The notes below the pieces were generated by a model that was not told the DNA's origin, ran no database searches, and worked only from the letters and a program-made list of their open reading frames with translations. Shown here piece after piece: positions 51,136 to 62,916 of a DNA stretch of 64,000 nt (positions within the stretch are counted from its first letter, which is position 1; each line of letters begins with the position of its first letter). Origin of the DNA: Stegostoma tigrinum (taxonomy: Eukaryota); the NCBI RefSeq assembly GCF_030684315.1, contig NC_081383.1, positions 16,103,942 through 16,167,941 on the forward strand. The letters are read 5' to 3'. The translations under genes and the position numbers were made by a program.

Positions 51136-53129
51136 GGTTACAACAGCAATTTTCCAATCATCAGGGACTTTCCCAGACTCCAGTGACTTTTGAAAGATCA
51201 CAACCAAAGCGTCCGCTATTTCCTCAGCCACCTCCCTCAAAACTCTAGGATGTAGCCCATCCAGGCCAGGAGATTTATCAATTTTTAAACCTTTTAGCTT
51301 TTCTAGCACTTTCTCTTTTGTTCTGCCTACCATACTCAACTCTGCCCCCCACTCTTCTTAATTGTTGGGATACTACTCATGTCTTCCACTGTGAAGACTG
51401 ATGCAAAGTACTTATTAAGTTCTTCAGTTATTTCCTTATCTCCCATCAATAGCCTTTCAGCATCAATTTGGAGCTGGCCAATGTCTGCTTTTGCCTCTCG
51501 TTTGTTTCTTGTGTATTGAAAGAAACTTTAACTATCATTTCTAATATTACTAGCTAGCCTACCTTCATAATTGATCCTCTCCTTCCTTATTTCTCTCTGT
51601 GTTATCCTCTGTTTGTTTTTGTAGCCTTCCCAGTATTCTGATTTCCCAGTCCTCTTGGCTACTTTATAGGCTGTCTCTTTTTCTTTGATACATTTCCTGA
51701 CTTCCTTTGTCAGCCATGGCTGTCTAAAGGTACAAACTGCACTATTTTTCTTCAAGAATTAACATTTTAAAAAACTAAAATTAAACTTATTACAGGAGGC
51801 ATTAACAAAAATAAGAACATATGGAATTCTGAGATTTTGCCTCCAGCTGAGTATTTACTAGTATTGCTTACGTTCTGTCCTGTAACAGAAGAAACTGGAT
51901 GTGAAATTGTTAACAAAGACTCCAACTGATGTATAACATAACACAGTATTGTAATGAAAAATTACCTACGTAGGCACACAAGTTTCAATAAACTATTAGA
52001 TTATCACGGAGGAGCAAGCTTTCACTAGCATGCCATGCTTCAAGTAATCATGGCATAACATGGAGCATGAGAACTGTATATCCTCAGGTCACATTCTGTG
52101 ATGCAGTGGTGATAGCATGAGCATGTTTCATAAAGGAATATAGACATATTGAACTTGAGACATAACACAACTTGGAATGGAGGCTAGCCTTAACAGCCCA
52201 GTGAGACTGCTCTGCCATCTATTAAAATCATGGCTGAACTTTACATTTATTTCATTTTCCTGCCTTATCCTTATAGTCTTTGATTTCCTTAGTGTCCAAT
52301 ATTCTTAAACCTTCACAGTTAAATTCCAGTTGGTATATTGTTTCAGGCTTCAGTCAATGCTGCTTCAGGAACTGTTAAGCTTAAGATGCAGAAAAGATTC
52401 TTCAAGAAAATACCAGAGACTTTGGTTATAAAGAGAATACAAATGAACATCACCTCATATCGAAACACATAAAATTCTGAGGGAACTGAGGGCACAAAAT
52501 TTAAAATGATTACCAAAATAAACACTTAAGTTTGTCACAGAGGTTGTTACTGTATGGAATGGCACACCATGAACAGTGTGGCAAACAGATAACAAAGATT
52601 ACCTTTTGAAAGGTGACTGAAGAAGTAAATGGAAAATCAAAAGTCAAAATGGTGTGGGGAAGAGTTGAAGAATGGGCCAATACAAACAAAATGAATTGAA
52701 TAGCCTTCTCCTGGGACTCTATGGTGGCAATTTGGGAAGAATGGTATTTTGGAAAATGGTCACTATAGTTTATGAAAATGAGTGTAAGATTTGTGTTCAT
52801 AAAAAATGTCCCAACACTTGCGAAGGTTATTGAGGTATTTTTCCATATTTCATTGTGACATATGTTTAAGCTTTATTTGCCCTGTTGAATCATATATTAT
52901 GATATTACTCACTAAAATAAAGCTAGTATATAAGACAAGGTCATCCAGTTTATACATTAATGTGGTCTTTCTAACTTTGTTCGAATTTCAAAATTAAATT
53001 CTCTGCCTCTGTCACCAGGCATGATCTCTATGTACATATAAACTGTGAAATGTCATGTAGACTGGATTTTACTGCTATAACTAATCTTTGGTGATTTATT
53101 TTTGATATAATTTCCTGATATGAACTCAC

Positions 53130-53213
53130 ATCTGTGGACTCCAGACTCAGGGGGCAGCTGTAATAAAAGGCAGGCTGGCAGAAATAGTTTTTCATGCACT
53201 CCTTGTCAATTTC
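53130..53213 (-). CDS. Candidate isolated 84-nt internal exon (EIDKECMKNYFCQPAFYYSCPLSLESTD), gene unknown
   Basis: Strong acceptor (TGTTGTTGCA, T-run, GGCAG|) and donor |GTGAGT; length divisible by 3; only phase 0 is open; non-repetitive context. Confidence 0.35.
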
Positions 53214-54199
53214 CTGCCAAAAAAAAATGCAACAACAAAAACACATTGAACAAGCAGAATAAAACCAACCCCCAGCAGAGCAAATGAATTACTGCAGAGG
53301 GCTATGCAAGTACTGCAAAATCTTACTCTGTGTTCATTTGGTATAAATAGGATTTGGGTTAGACAAAGCCAAACATAAAGCTGGACTAGTGGGAAAAAGG
53401 AAATCTTCTGAACTGTCCAGTATCTGTGTGCAAATTTTGCATCTGTATAGCTCTGATATATGAACTGCAGATCATCTTGACTGTTCATCCTTGCTGTAGC
53501 TGGGGAACCGTGATGTGGGTTTATTTCTGCTCACTGGGTCAGTGTTCATGCAAACTGGAAATTCTGTTGAGTCTGACTGTGCTGGGACTGATAAACAGCT
53601 TTGCGCACTGAGTGATTTCAAGAATAGCCTCGTTCAGAGATAGCCTTGAAATCAGATAGCAAAAATAAGGAACAATGGGTACCCGCATGGGTTACTGGTA
53701 ATAACATGGCAAACAGCCAGCTGCACAGTTAAACATATACCCTTGTAAGATTTCAAAGACAATGCTAATGTAACTGCTTGGTTTTGAAAACTCTCACTAT
53801 AACTGCAAATCTGTTTGGTCTTTTGGTGATTTATATTCCCCCTATCTGCCCAGGAATGTGCTTGTTGGCCTGTCAAAGGAATGATGATGATCAGGAATGA
53901 CAACAGCAAGTCTGTTGAAAAAAAGCTGTTTAGTTCTGTAGATGATCTCTGACCTCATGCTCCTCTAGTGTCCCATTAGTACTGAAGTATAGCTATATTT
54001 AAAGATGATTCATTTTCTCATCAATGTCTCTGATCAAACTAAAAATGGCTTGAAACACATCTAAGCAGAATGTGAGATTCTAAGGTTTTGTGAATTCATT
54101 GCTCTACCCCTTCTGACAATAACAACGTCTTTCAAGTTATTAATAAACATCCCATCCCGTTTGCAACACTTCTTGGGTGACAAGCTGCCCTGATGAGAT

Positions 54200-54530
54200 G
54201 TGTGCTGTTGTGACTCTTGTGATGTGAACCAGTGCAGAGGGAGACATTATGCCTTCATGGGGAAAGCCCAGCATGGAGCAATTACAGGCCCATGGTTAAA
54301 GAAGAATTGCAATTTGGAACTTTTAACTTTATTTCTTATTTACTTTTTATACCAGTGAGTGCTGGAATCTTGAGCTTTTAACTTATTTCTCTATTTTAAG
54401 ATTTTGTACCGCGGTATCTTGTACTTTAGATGGCATGTGAATGGTGACGTTATAAACTTTTCACTGTACTCCTGTATTTCTGTATATCTGTATGTGAGTA
54501 CACATGACAATAAAACCTAATTCTAAACTT
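54200..54530 (+). mobile_element. Rex1/Babar-tailed non-autonomous retroposon (3' part)
   Basis: TATCTTGTAC.TTAGATGGC...AAACTTTTCACTGTACTC...GAGTACACATGACAATAAAACCTAATTC, like 30095-30197. Confidence 0.55.
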
Positions 54531-55699
54531 TTACGTGAGATCCAGTAGCAAGTAAACAATGCAGAGAGTGTTATTTTTGCACTTTTTTTTGCACTTTCTG
54601 CTTACTCCATATAGGTTTTGAATATGTTCTCCTTGGTTATATTTTCACACGTCAGAGGATCCCAAAGCACCTTACTACCACAGAAATATTTTTGGAATGT
54701 AGCAAAGTGTATGGATGATTGCAGTTGTAATGTTGACTTAATTGACAGCTGGACATTATGTACCAACCCTCAAACATGCTCAATACAATTATAACAATTT
54801 GTTGGACATTATGGACTGTTATATTCTGTATTCAGATGTAACAATTCTATCTTCAATTTCCTCTTGTATTTTCAATTCACACTCTCAGAAGGCAAATCTT
54901 ACATTCCACATTCAATCCTAGGCATCTAACTCCTAGAAAGAGTATCTGTTCTTGTAAAACTTAAAAATCAAATTGACATTTTGTTATGAGAAACACTTCT
55001 GTTAATGGGTAATCGAAGTATTACTTGCAGAGTAAAATAAAACTCAGCAATAAAAGATGTGATCAACTTTCCCATCATCCCTTCTAGTTTGGCTTGGGTT
55101 GCAACTAACATTTGCAAAATGGAAGAAACCTAGTGGAGTTATTGAACCCAGTAGTGTGAGGGAATGACTGAAAATGCAAGCTTAAAATGGTGGCACTCCC
55201 TTAATGGATGACATTAGGGGGAAGGGTTCTTTAGTTAGCCATTTATAACTAAATTCGAAACAGGACTGTTAAAAAGAGTGCTCATAATTTCACCACAAAT
55301 AATGAATAGAGGCAACCTCCATATCCTTGTTAACATTAATTCAGCCATGTCAGCTGTTTTGGTTCAGTAACTATTCTCTAAGCCATTTCCCATAATCATG
55401 TAAAGGAGTAATTTCTGCTCAAATATTCCAAAACATTACTAGACCAAATCATGTGGAAGGTCTTTATAGTTATTACTAATTATGTCAGTTTATTTGTTTA
55501 AAAGGATTAATGAGTGTTGAACTCCCTCTTTAAGCAGATGCATAGATAAATGAACTTTCAGTCAGTCAAAAAGATGACTGACAATAAAGGTGCCCCATGA
55601 ATAGTTAATAACTGCAAAAAGTTTTGAGGGAGCACCCAAGGATGAAGTCTTATGCTGTATGGTTTTCACTATGATATTCACTTAGCCATACATCAACAA

Positions 55700-56010
55700 A
55701 AATAGAATTTAGTGCCTTTAGTCTAATGAAATATTCCAAGGTGCTTTGTAGGAGCATTATTAAACAAAGTATACTAAGCCATGTAAGGAGACATTAGATG
55801 AGATGATCAAAGGCTTTTCAAAAAAGGTAGGCTTTTAAAAATGCCTTAAAGGAAAGAAAGTGTCGTAGGAAGGCAGAGAGGCATGGGGAGGAAATCCCTA
55901 AGTTTGGGTTCTAGGAAGAACGACCACCCATAGTGGAGTGCTTATAATTTGGACCACACAAGAGGTCAGAATTTGAGGAGTACAAACATCTTGGAGGGTT
56001 GTGGAATTGG
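55700..56010 (-). mobile_element. L2 LINE 3' fragment
   Basis: CCAAGGTGCTTT...AAAGGTAGGCTTTTAAAAATGCCTTAAAGGA...GGGGAGGAAATCCC is a typical reverse L2 end. Confidence 0.55.
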
Positions 56011-57149
56011 AGGAGCTTACACATGTAAAGTAATACACTGTGAAAACTTCAAAGGGTTTAATGCATGTGGGCTAGGGAGGCACTTTTCAACTGATGACCA
56101 TCTATTTCTCTCTTGCACAGAGGCCAATACAGGAAACTCTGGTGGACTCTTAGATACTAGTTTCACATCTGTATCTCTGTGCTAAAGGGAGGATGTCACA
56201 ATTACAGCAGTGGGTTAGGGACGTTAAAAAACATTTCTGACAGTTATTTTACTCTGGCCAGGATTATCAACAATGTAGAACCTATGAGTTGGCAGCAATG
56301 TAACAGACCATTGATGATTAATTAATGCATTTGGGTCAAATTCCTGCATTTATACTTCAACAAAGTAATCAAGCCCATTTAAAAACAGCACACAGTGGAA
56401 TTTCAAACATCACGGGTCAAAACCTTCATGGAGTAGAAGAGGGTGGCAAGTTGTTAATGAGTATATAAAAAGGACAAAATAGATGAGAGAAAAAACACAT
56501 AATTGGATAAATGTTTCTGTGCTGCTACTGGCACAGTATTATTTATCACAGTGCAACATTTGTTTTATATCAGCACAGTAAGAGATCAGTTTCTCTGCCA
56601 ATGCTGTGCAGCATTATTCCAATTGGATCAGGATGAGAGAAAGAATAGAGAAGGGGAGAAAGGAAAATAAGGACTTGCATTTATATAGCACCCTTCAAAA
56701 ATTCCAAAACACTTTACAACCATCAAAGTGCTTTCGAAGAAGTGTAGTCTCTATTCTATTCTAGAAAATGCCATAGCCAATTTATGCTTTAGCAAGCCCT
56801 CACATAAAACAATATGATCAGATAAGGGGGAAGAAATTGGATAGCAACTGGAAATGAGCATGAGCATCATGGTGTGGAATTCCCCTGTGCCGGTTCAATT
56901 TAATGGAGATACAATCGCTATACATGCTGTTCACTGAATTAACACATCTGCAGGGGTGTCCATATTATTACTTGCTAGCACATCTTAAACTTAAACTTCA
57001 TCTTTTAAAGGGAAGGCACATAGTAGCTGGAGATACAATGGGACAGAGTCAGCACCAAGGTTTTCCAATACTGCACAGGCAGTCTTGCTGAGGGTGTTGA
57101 ACAGGAGCAGAAATGTGCTGCATCTGTATTTGTAGGAAGATAGTGCTAC

Positions 57150-57465
57150 AATGGTATGTCACTGGACTAATAGCCAGACTCCCAGGCTAGTTCTCTAAGG
57201 ACACAGTTTCCATATGATGGAATTTAATTTCAATAATACGTATGGAATATAAAGCCAGATGGGAAGGAAAGTATCCTGATGTGGAACTGCATTGCTGTTC
57301 CTTTCATATCACTGGGTTAAATCCTGTAATTCTCTTCCTAAAAGCAATGCAAGTGGACTGCAGTGGTTTAAGATGCGATTCACCATCACGTTCTGAAGGA
57401 CAATTAGAAATCAGCTATAAATGCTGGCCCAACCAGTGAGGCCAGATCCTGTAAACAAATTTCAA
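57150..57465 (+). mobile_element. tRNA-derived SINE head joined to a LINE-like tail
   Basis: GGTATGTCACTGGACTAATAGCCAGA head and GGACAATTAG...ATAAATGCTGGCCCAACCAGTGA tail. Confidence 0.55.
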
Positions 57466-57815
57466 AATTGAAAATTTTCAGGTCAATGCATTCTAATATT
57501 TAAAGAAATCTGTAGCTTGGTTTGGTAAGTCTGCTTTAGGCCAATTTGAAATTTGTGGAATCATGTTTGGCATAGCAAAGCTTTGAACCCAGAAATGTGT
57601 AATGCAGAGGCAGGAGTACTGTCAACTTAGCTACAACTCTGTATTGTTGAATATGGGTTTTGGGATCCTGGAATAAACTTGTGATGATGTCATAGAGCTG
57701 CATATCACTGAGTATAAATAGCACTGTGCGGGTGGAGTTAGATCAGTCCACGCCCAGATACTCTGGAATGAGAGAGAGTTATGAGGGCAATTGGACACAA
57801 ACACACAAAAAGAAA

Positions 57816-57886
57816 CCTTCCAGCTCAGCGAGCAAACTCACATCCAGAACCTCAACCTGAGCTACAAATCTTCTCAAAGCTCGCTA
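57816..57886 (+). mobile_element. ~70-bp extreme 3' end of the Penelope/Poseidon family seen at 9421-9490
   Basis: Near-identical to 9421-9490; 13-bp TSD ACACAAAAAGAAA (57803-57815, 57887-57899). Confidence 0.85.
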
Positions 57887-58314
57887 ACACAAAAAGAAAT
57901 ATTAGCCTTAACATAAGTCAGAGTTTGGTATATCTGTAGTTACTATTAATGCATAATAAATATGTTACTAAAGTCTAAAGCTGAAGTCAGTTCTTGACTT
58001 TACCTTCTCCTCAATCACTCTGCCTCAAACCCAAATCTATGGTGTGACACCAAACCACACAATATAAAAACCCCCAGACATCAATCCTAAATTAACTTTA
58101 AGAATCAGAAAACAAAAAAAGCCTCTGATCCACCTCTCTTGTCAACTGAGCTGCTTGCAGAAGCATTTCACAGACATCCTGTTGTGATTTTGGCAGATTT
58201 AGAGCTTGACAGGCAAAACATGACATTCATGTAAGCATTGAATTACTGCACCCATGCCAAGTGGCCAATAGGTTCTTCAGGATTAGTGGATGTTCCTTAG
58301 GGACATGCATCCTC

Positions 58315-58890
58315 TAAGAATCACAACAACATGGAAGCAGGCCATTAAGCTCACACCAATCCTCCAAAGGGCATCCCTCCCAGACACACACTATCCCTGT
58401 AACCCTGCATTTCTCATGGCTATTCCACCTAGCTTGCACATTCCTGGGCACAATGGGGCAATTTAGCATGACCAATCCACCTAGCCTGCACATCTCTGGG
58501 CACAATGGGGCAATTTAGCATGACCAATTCACCTAACGTGCACATCCCTGGGCACAATGGGGTAATTTAGCATGACCAATCCGCCTAATGTGCACATCCC
58601 TGGGCACAATGGGGTAATTTAGCAAGACCAATCCACCTAACATGCACATCCCTGGGCACTATGGGACAATTTAGCATGACTAATCGACCTAACCTGCACA
58701 TCCCTGGTCACTATGGGGCAATTTAGCATGACCAATCCACCTAACCTGCACACATTTGGACTGTGGTAGGAAAGCCACATAAACACAGGGAGAACATGCA
58801 AACTCCACACAGATGATCACCCAAGGTTGGAGTTGAACCCAGGTCCCTGGTATCGTGAGGCAGCAGCACTAACCACTGAGCCACCATGCC
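58315..58890 (-). mobile_element. HE1/V-SINE-like SINE with internal 52-bp tandem expansion
   Basis: SINE homologous to 45737-46080; unit starts at 58425, 58477, 58529, 58581, 58633, 58685 and 58737. Confidence 0.85.
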
Positions 58891-59369
58891 ACTCACACAG
58901 AGTGCTTGCAAAATAAATAGTAGTTCCCTGTCAATCAGACTTGGTATTTTCAATTGATGTAGTCCAAACCTATTGTCATGCAATTTTTACCCTCCCTAGG
59001 CTACTTCATTGACCAAGTACGCTTTGTAATTGCAAACTCATTGCTGATTTATTGCTCTTCCCCATAACACCTTGCTCAGTGTATGTGAGATGGCCACATT
59101 TTAGCCTAGAGTGAAAATATTGGTATCTTATATAAATCGACAGGCAAAGATTTTCCCTGAAATAATTACTTCAGAACTCCCTGCAATCCATAGATGGGCA
59201 GCAAAGTTCATGCAATTGCCACAAAAGTTTAAAAGCTATTTAGCATTGCTGCTTTACAAAGGTAGTGATAATAGAATAAAAATGGAATAAGTTCTGTTAA
59301 ACATTCACCAGAATGACTGACACCATTTGAACCATCGTTGGTAAACTGGCCAAGTCTTTGAGAGAGAAA

Positions 59370-59605
59370 GATAATGGGAACTGCAGGTGCTGGAGTATCC
59401 AAGATAACAAAGTGTGGAGCTGGATGAACACAGCAGGCCAAGCAACATCTTAGGAGCACAAAATCTGATGTTTCAGGCCTAGACCCTTCATCAGACCAGG
59501 GGGATGGGGAGGGAGGAAGGTAACGTCTTCAGGTTAGGCATCCCTGGAAGGTGCTTCGCAGTGAGGTTAAAATTGTATCAGAGATAATGGGAACTGCAGA
59601 TGCTG
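59370..59605 (-). mobile_element. Neptune pLTR fragment in partial tandem arrangement, hammerhead motif at 59467-59494
   Basis: GATAATGGGAACTGCAGRTGCTG occurs at both ends (59370, 59582); minus-strand CUGAUGA-A-GGGUCUAGGCCU-GAAACAUC. Confidence 0.75.
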
Positions 59606-62569
59606 TCTTTTGTTTGTTTTCTTCAAGTGTTGCCACTTTCTTTGATTTTTGTACCATGAAAGTTTTTATCACTTGACCCCTCTTTCTCTCTAAACTATTG
59701 TATAACTTTTCTTTCATTCTTCCTCCCTTCTAGCTTTCAAAACCTCCCACCTCACCCAGTATCTTTTTCTCAGATTTGATGTAGTTTCAGTGTACTGAAA
59801 CATTGTACAGTATTGAACATAGGCAAATGGAGCCTTGCTCACCAGCAGAAGCCAGTGAGACCTCCACCTCATCTCCTCTGCAGAGTGCCCACTGATATTA
59901 AGGGCTTCTCTGGCACTTAACTGGACAGCAAAAGGTCTTCCCGAGGGAGTGCTGGCCAATAACAGACCAATGGCCGTCCATGGCAAGATGCATCTCTGGG
60001 GAATCATTGGCAGCTTTTGGAAATGTGTTACATGGTACTTCCTTTAGAAACAGGAATAATGCACAGATAAATAAGTAGTAAATCTAAACAGGAATACTTT
60101 ACTGGTGATGCGCACATATCCACAGCCAGTTCTATACTCCTCCCAAGCTCTGACCATCCAGGTCACCAGCTCTTTTGAAGGGGCAGCACCCCCAACTACA
60201 TGCATAACATAATGCATCCACCACTGGGCCCAGGATCAGTGAGGGATTTGACCCTCAGGTGTTTGAGGGTGGGAAGGGGTTGTCATAGGTGATATATTGG
60301 GGACAGGGGAGGGAGATTAACAGCAAGGGCAGGGGTGAATCTCACCAGACACCCCTCCTCTTCCTGATGTTGGGTCACTTGACCAAATACTAAGTTAACT
60401 GAGAGACAGCTAGCCAGTGGAGATAAGCTATAATCAGAAGGTTGGAGGTGTGAGGAAATTGTGTAGGACATCAGGTGTATAGAAAATGAGAGACCAGCAG
60501 GTGGACTCCTGAGCACTCAGGTCTGGAAATATTATAAATTCAACCTGCGACTTTTATATCCAAAAATAATTCAAAATTAAATTAGCTTTAACAAAACAAA
60601 ACTGACATCAAATGCAAAACATTTGTGCCCTAAATAAAAGCTGAGATTTACCTTACAAAATTCACCAGGAAATTGGTGAGCCACCCAGGTCAGATAGGTT
60701 GATGTGCAAACATTGGCCACTTAAACAATGTCACAAAGATGCCTGAAGCTGCAAAGACCATAACCCTTCAAGGACTCAATGTATTCTGCATGCGAGAAAA
60801 TTGTCTGAAGATAACGATTACCTTGTGGTCTCAGGCATGATTTATGCAGCAGGATTATCACATCACCAATTGCATCAGTATGCCTTGCTCAAGAGACAGG
60901 AAAGTGTGTTTCAAGAGATGCTGTTGTGGTGAACGAGCCCATTTAACTGATCCAGCTATTAATAGTTCTACACTAACCTTGCCAGTGCTTTTTCAATCAT
61001 TATTTTGCAATACTTTTATCAAGCTGTCCAGCACAGCATAAACTGCAAGAAGGATATCAGAGCTCACTCAAAATATGCAAGTATAAATGATCAAGTAGGA
61101 ATCTGACCATTCTAAACAGTGACCCTGAAGTTAGCCATTTATGAACTATGCAATGGCTTCAAGGAGGTTATATTTCAAAAACAGACAACTGCAAATGACC
61201 ATGGACTTACTGTGACTGATGTAGTGTGCCAGGCAAGCTCAGCATGAGAATGCTGATCACTAATCACAATCTGTTTGTTATTGATAGAAAGAATCTGTTC
61301 TTCTATGGAAGAAAAAGAATGCAGAGCCCAAAATATGCTGTCCTGTTTTCTACTGCATTGAAAACAAGCAGTGTGAATCTTTAGTTAAGCTTTGGGGGAC
61401 AAGAGCAGCATTTCTAAAATGCACTTCCAGCTACCTAGTTTCACAATAAAGAAGAAACATACATTCTTCCGCTCAGTTAATAAACTCGTAAATGAGGTTC
61501 CAAAGCTGTGTGGTGGTGAAAGATGTCAATTAGAGTAATCTTGGTGCATTTGTATCAATAAATGCTTGAACACTCTGTAAGCAACTAACAAGCCACTCAA
61601 CAAAGCTTGCATTTACATAACTATTGGAAATGCTTATAGTTTGGTTCATTCAGTTGTGATGTAGTAGACCTGAGAAGAATATTCACTGGTAACTTTCAAA
61701 AGGGAATTGGGTAAATGCTTGAACGGGAACCATTAAAAAGCCATGGAGAGAGAACAGGGAAGACGGACTAATTGGATAGTTCTTTCAGAGAAACAAAACA
61801 ATCAATGATGAACCTCATTCTGTGTTGTGTCATTCTATGTGCCGCTTTTAGTGGAAACAACTGAATATCTAATGAAAATCAAAGGCAACTTTAACAATAC
61901 TCAATAATGAAGAGAAAGGAGAACAGGGCAAGTATGGTTCTCAAATAAGCAAAGGACGTGATAATATGTTTTTAATAGAATGAATTCTTTCCCAATGATA
62001 ATTCAGAGGCAGTGAGAAGACCAGAAGAGAGTATGATGTGAGTATGGCAACGAAAGGGCAGTAATCACCGACTCTAAATGCAAAAGATAGTTGGAGTTGT
62101 TAGAAGCTGCAAGCAAACACCATTAACAAGAGAAATATTAGCTGGAAAATAGCAGATATACAGCAACTTGAAATTATGTTATGGGGAAAGAGGGAATAAA
62201 CTGCATGAGGCAATTTATATGTACCAATTCACTAAGCAGCTCAGTCTGCATTCCTAATCAGCTTAAAGCAAATCTGCTTTATAAAAAGCAAGTACAATAT
62301 AAACCGGGTGTTGTTTCCCATCACGTGTAGCAGCATAATCTATGTGAGAAAGCTGTTATTGATTTTCTTTCTCTACAGGTTTAGTTTGTGATATGTTGGT
62401 TTGACAGAGTTTGGGAGGAGTGGAAAATCTGTTGATTTATATAGCAATCAGGTTTCTTATCATTTTGTTCCTTACCAAGTATGTCCTGAAAGCTTTTAGA
62501 TCCTTGATAACAAAGTGTGGAGCTAGATGAACACAGCAGGCCAAGCAGCATCTCAGGAGCACAAAAGCT

Positions 62570-62597
62570 GACGTTTCGGGCCCAGACCCTTCATCAG
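62570..62597 (-). ncRNA. Minimal hammerhead ribozyme motif, intact core, in Neptune pLTR fragment (~62506-62597)
   Basis: Minus strand CUGAUGA-A-GGGU-CUGG-GCCC-GAAA-CGUC. The element is truncated just upstream, so stem I is weak. Confidence 0.7.
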
Positions 62598-62779
62598 GGA
62601 GCCTTTCTGAGTTTGGGTTTCAAAGACACTAGATGGTTTCTAGTGCCTCATAGTGACTCGTAGTGAGACAGAGGCTTGATAGTGAGATGGGGCAGAGCAT
62701 TAAGCTTGTGGGGCCACCAACATCTAGTCTGGACCTTTCTCCACCTGAGGTAGGCATAAACAGACTTGTAGAGGGAGGT

Positions 62780-62916
62780 TAAAATAGTATCAGAGATAAT
62801 GGGAACTGCAGATGCTGGAGAATTCCAAGATAATAAAATGTGAGGCTGGATGAACACAGCAGGCCCAGCAGCTGCTGCTGGGCCTGCTGTGTTCATCCAG
62901 CCTCACATTTTATTAT
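62780..62916. mobile_element. Young fold-back Neptune pLTR insertion containing a perfect 47-bp inverted repeat
   Basis: 62826-62872 is the exact reverse complement of 62874-62920; TSD CTTGTAGAGGGAGGT (62765-62779, 62917-62931). Confidence 0.9.

Larger units (their letters stand above)
48152..51727 (-). mobile_element. 5'-truncated CR1 LINE (~2 kb of ORF2 + 3' UTR), split by a Penelope insertion
   Basis: ORFs 51528..51755, 51076..51339 (KSPGLDGLHPRVLRE...DDWKIAVVT), 49070..49612 (VVTPLFKKG..NYRPISLT, YLDFQKAFDKVPH), 48573..49193 (PQGSVLGPQLF, FADD) and 48246..48551; (CCATAAGA)n 3' terminus. Confidence 0.92.

Noticed and set aside
58425-58760. 52-bp array as CRISPR
   Set aside because: Head-to-tail copies without unique spacers, inside a SINE.
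58800-58890. tRNA genes at SINE heads (also ~10930-11000, 17200-17290, 26450-26550)
   Set aside because: Degenerate A/B boxes without a cloverleaf, attached to SINE bodies.
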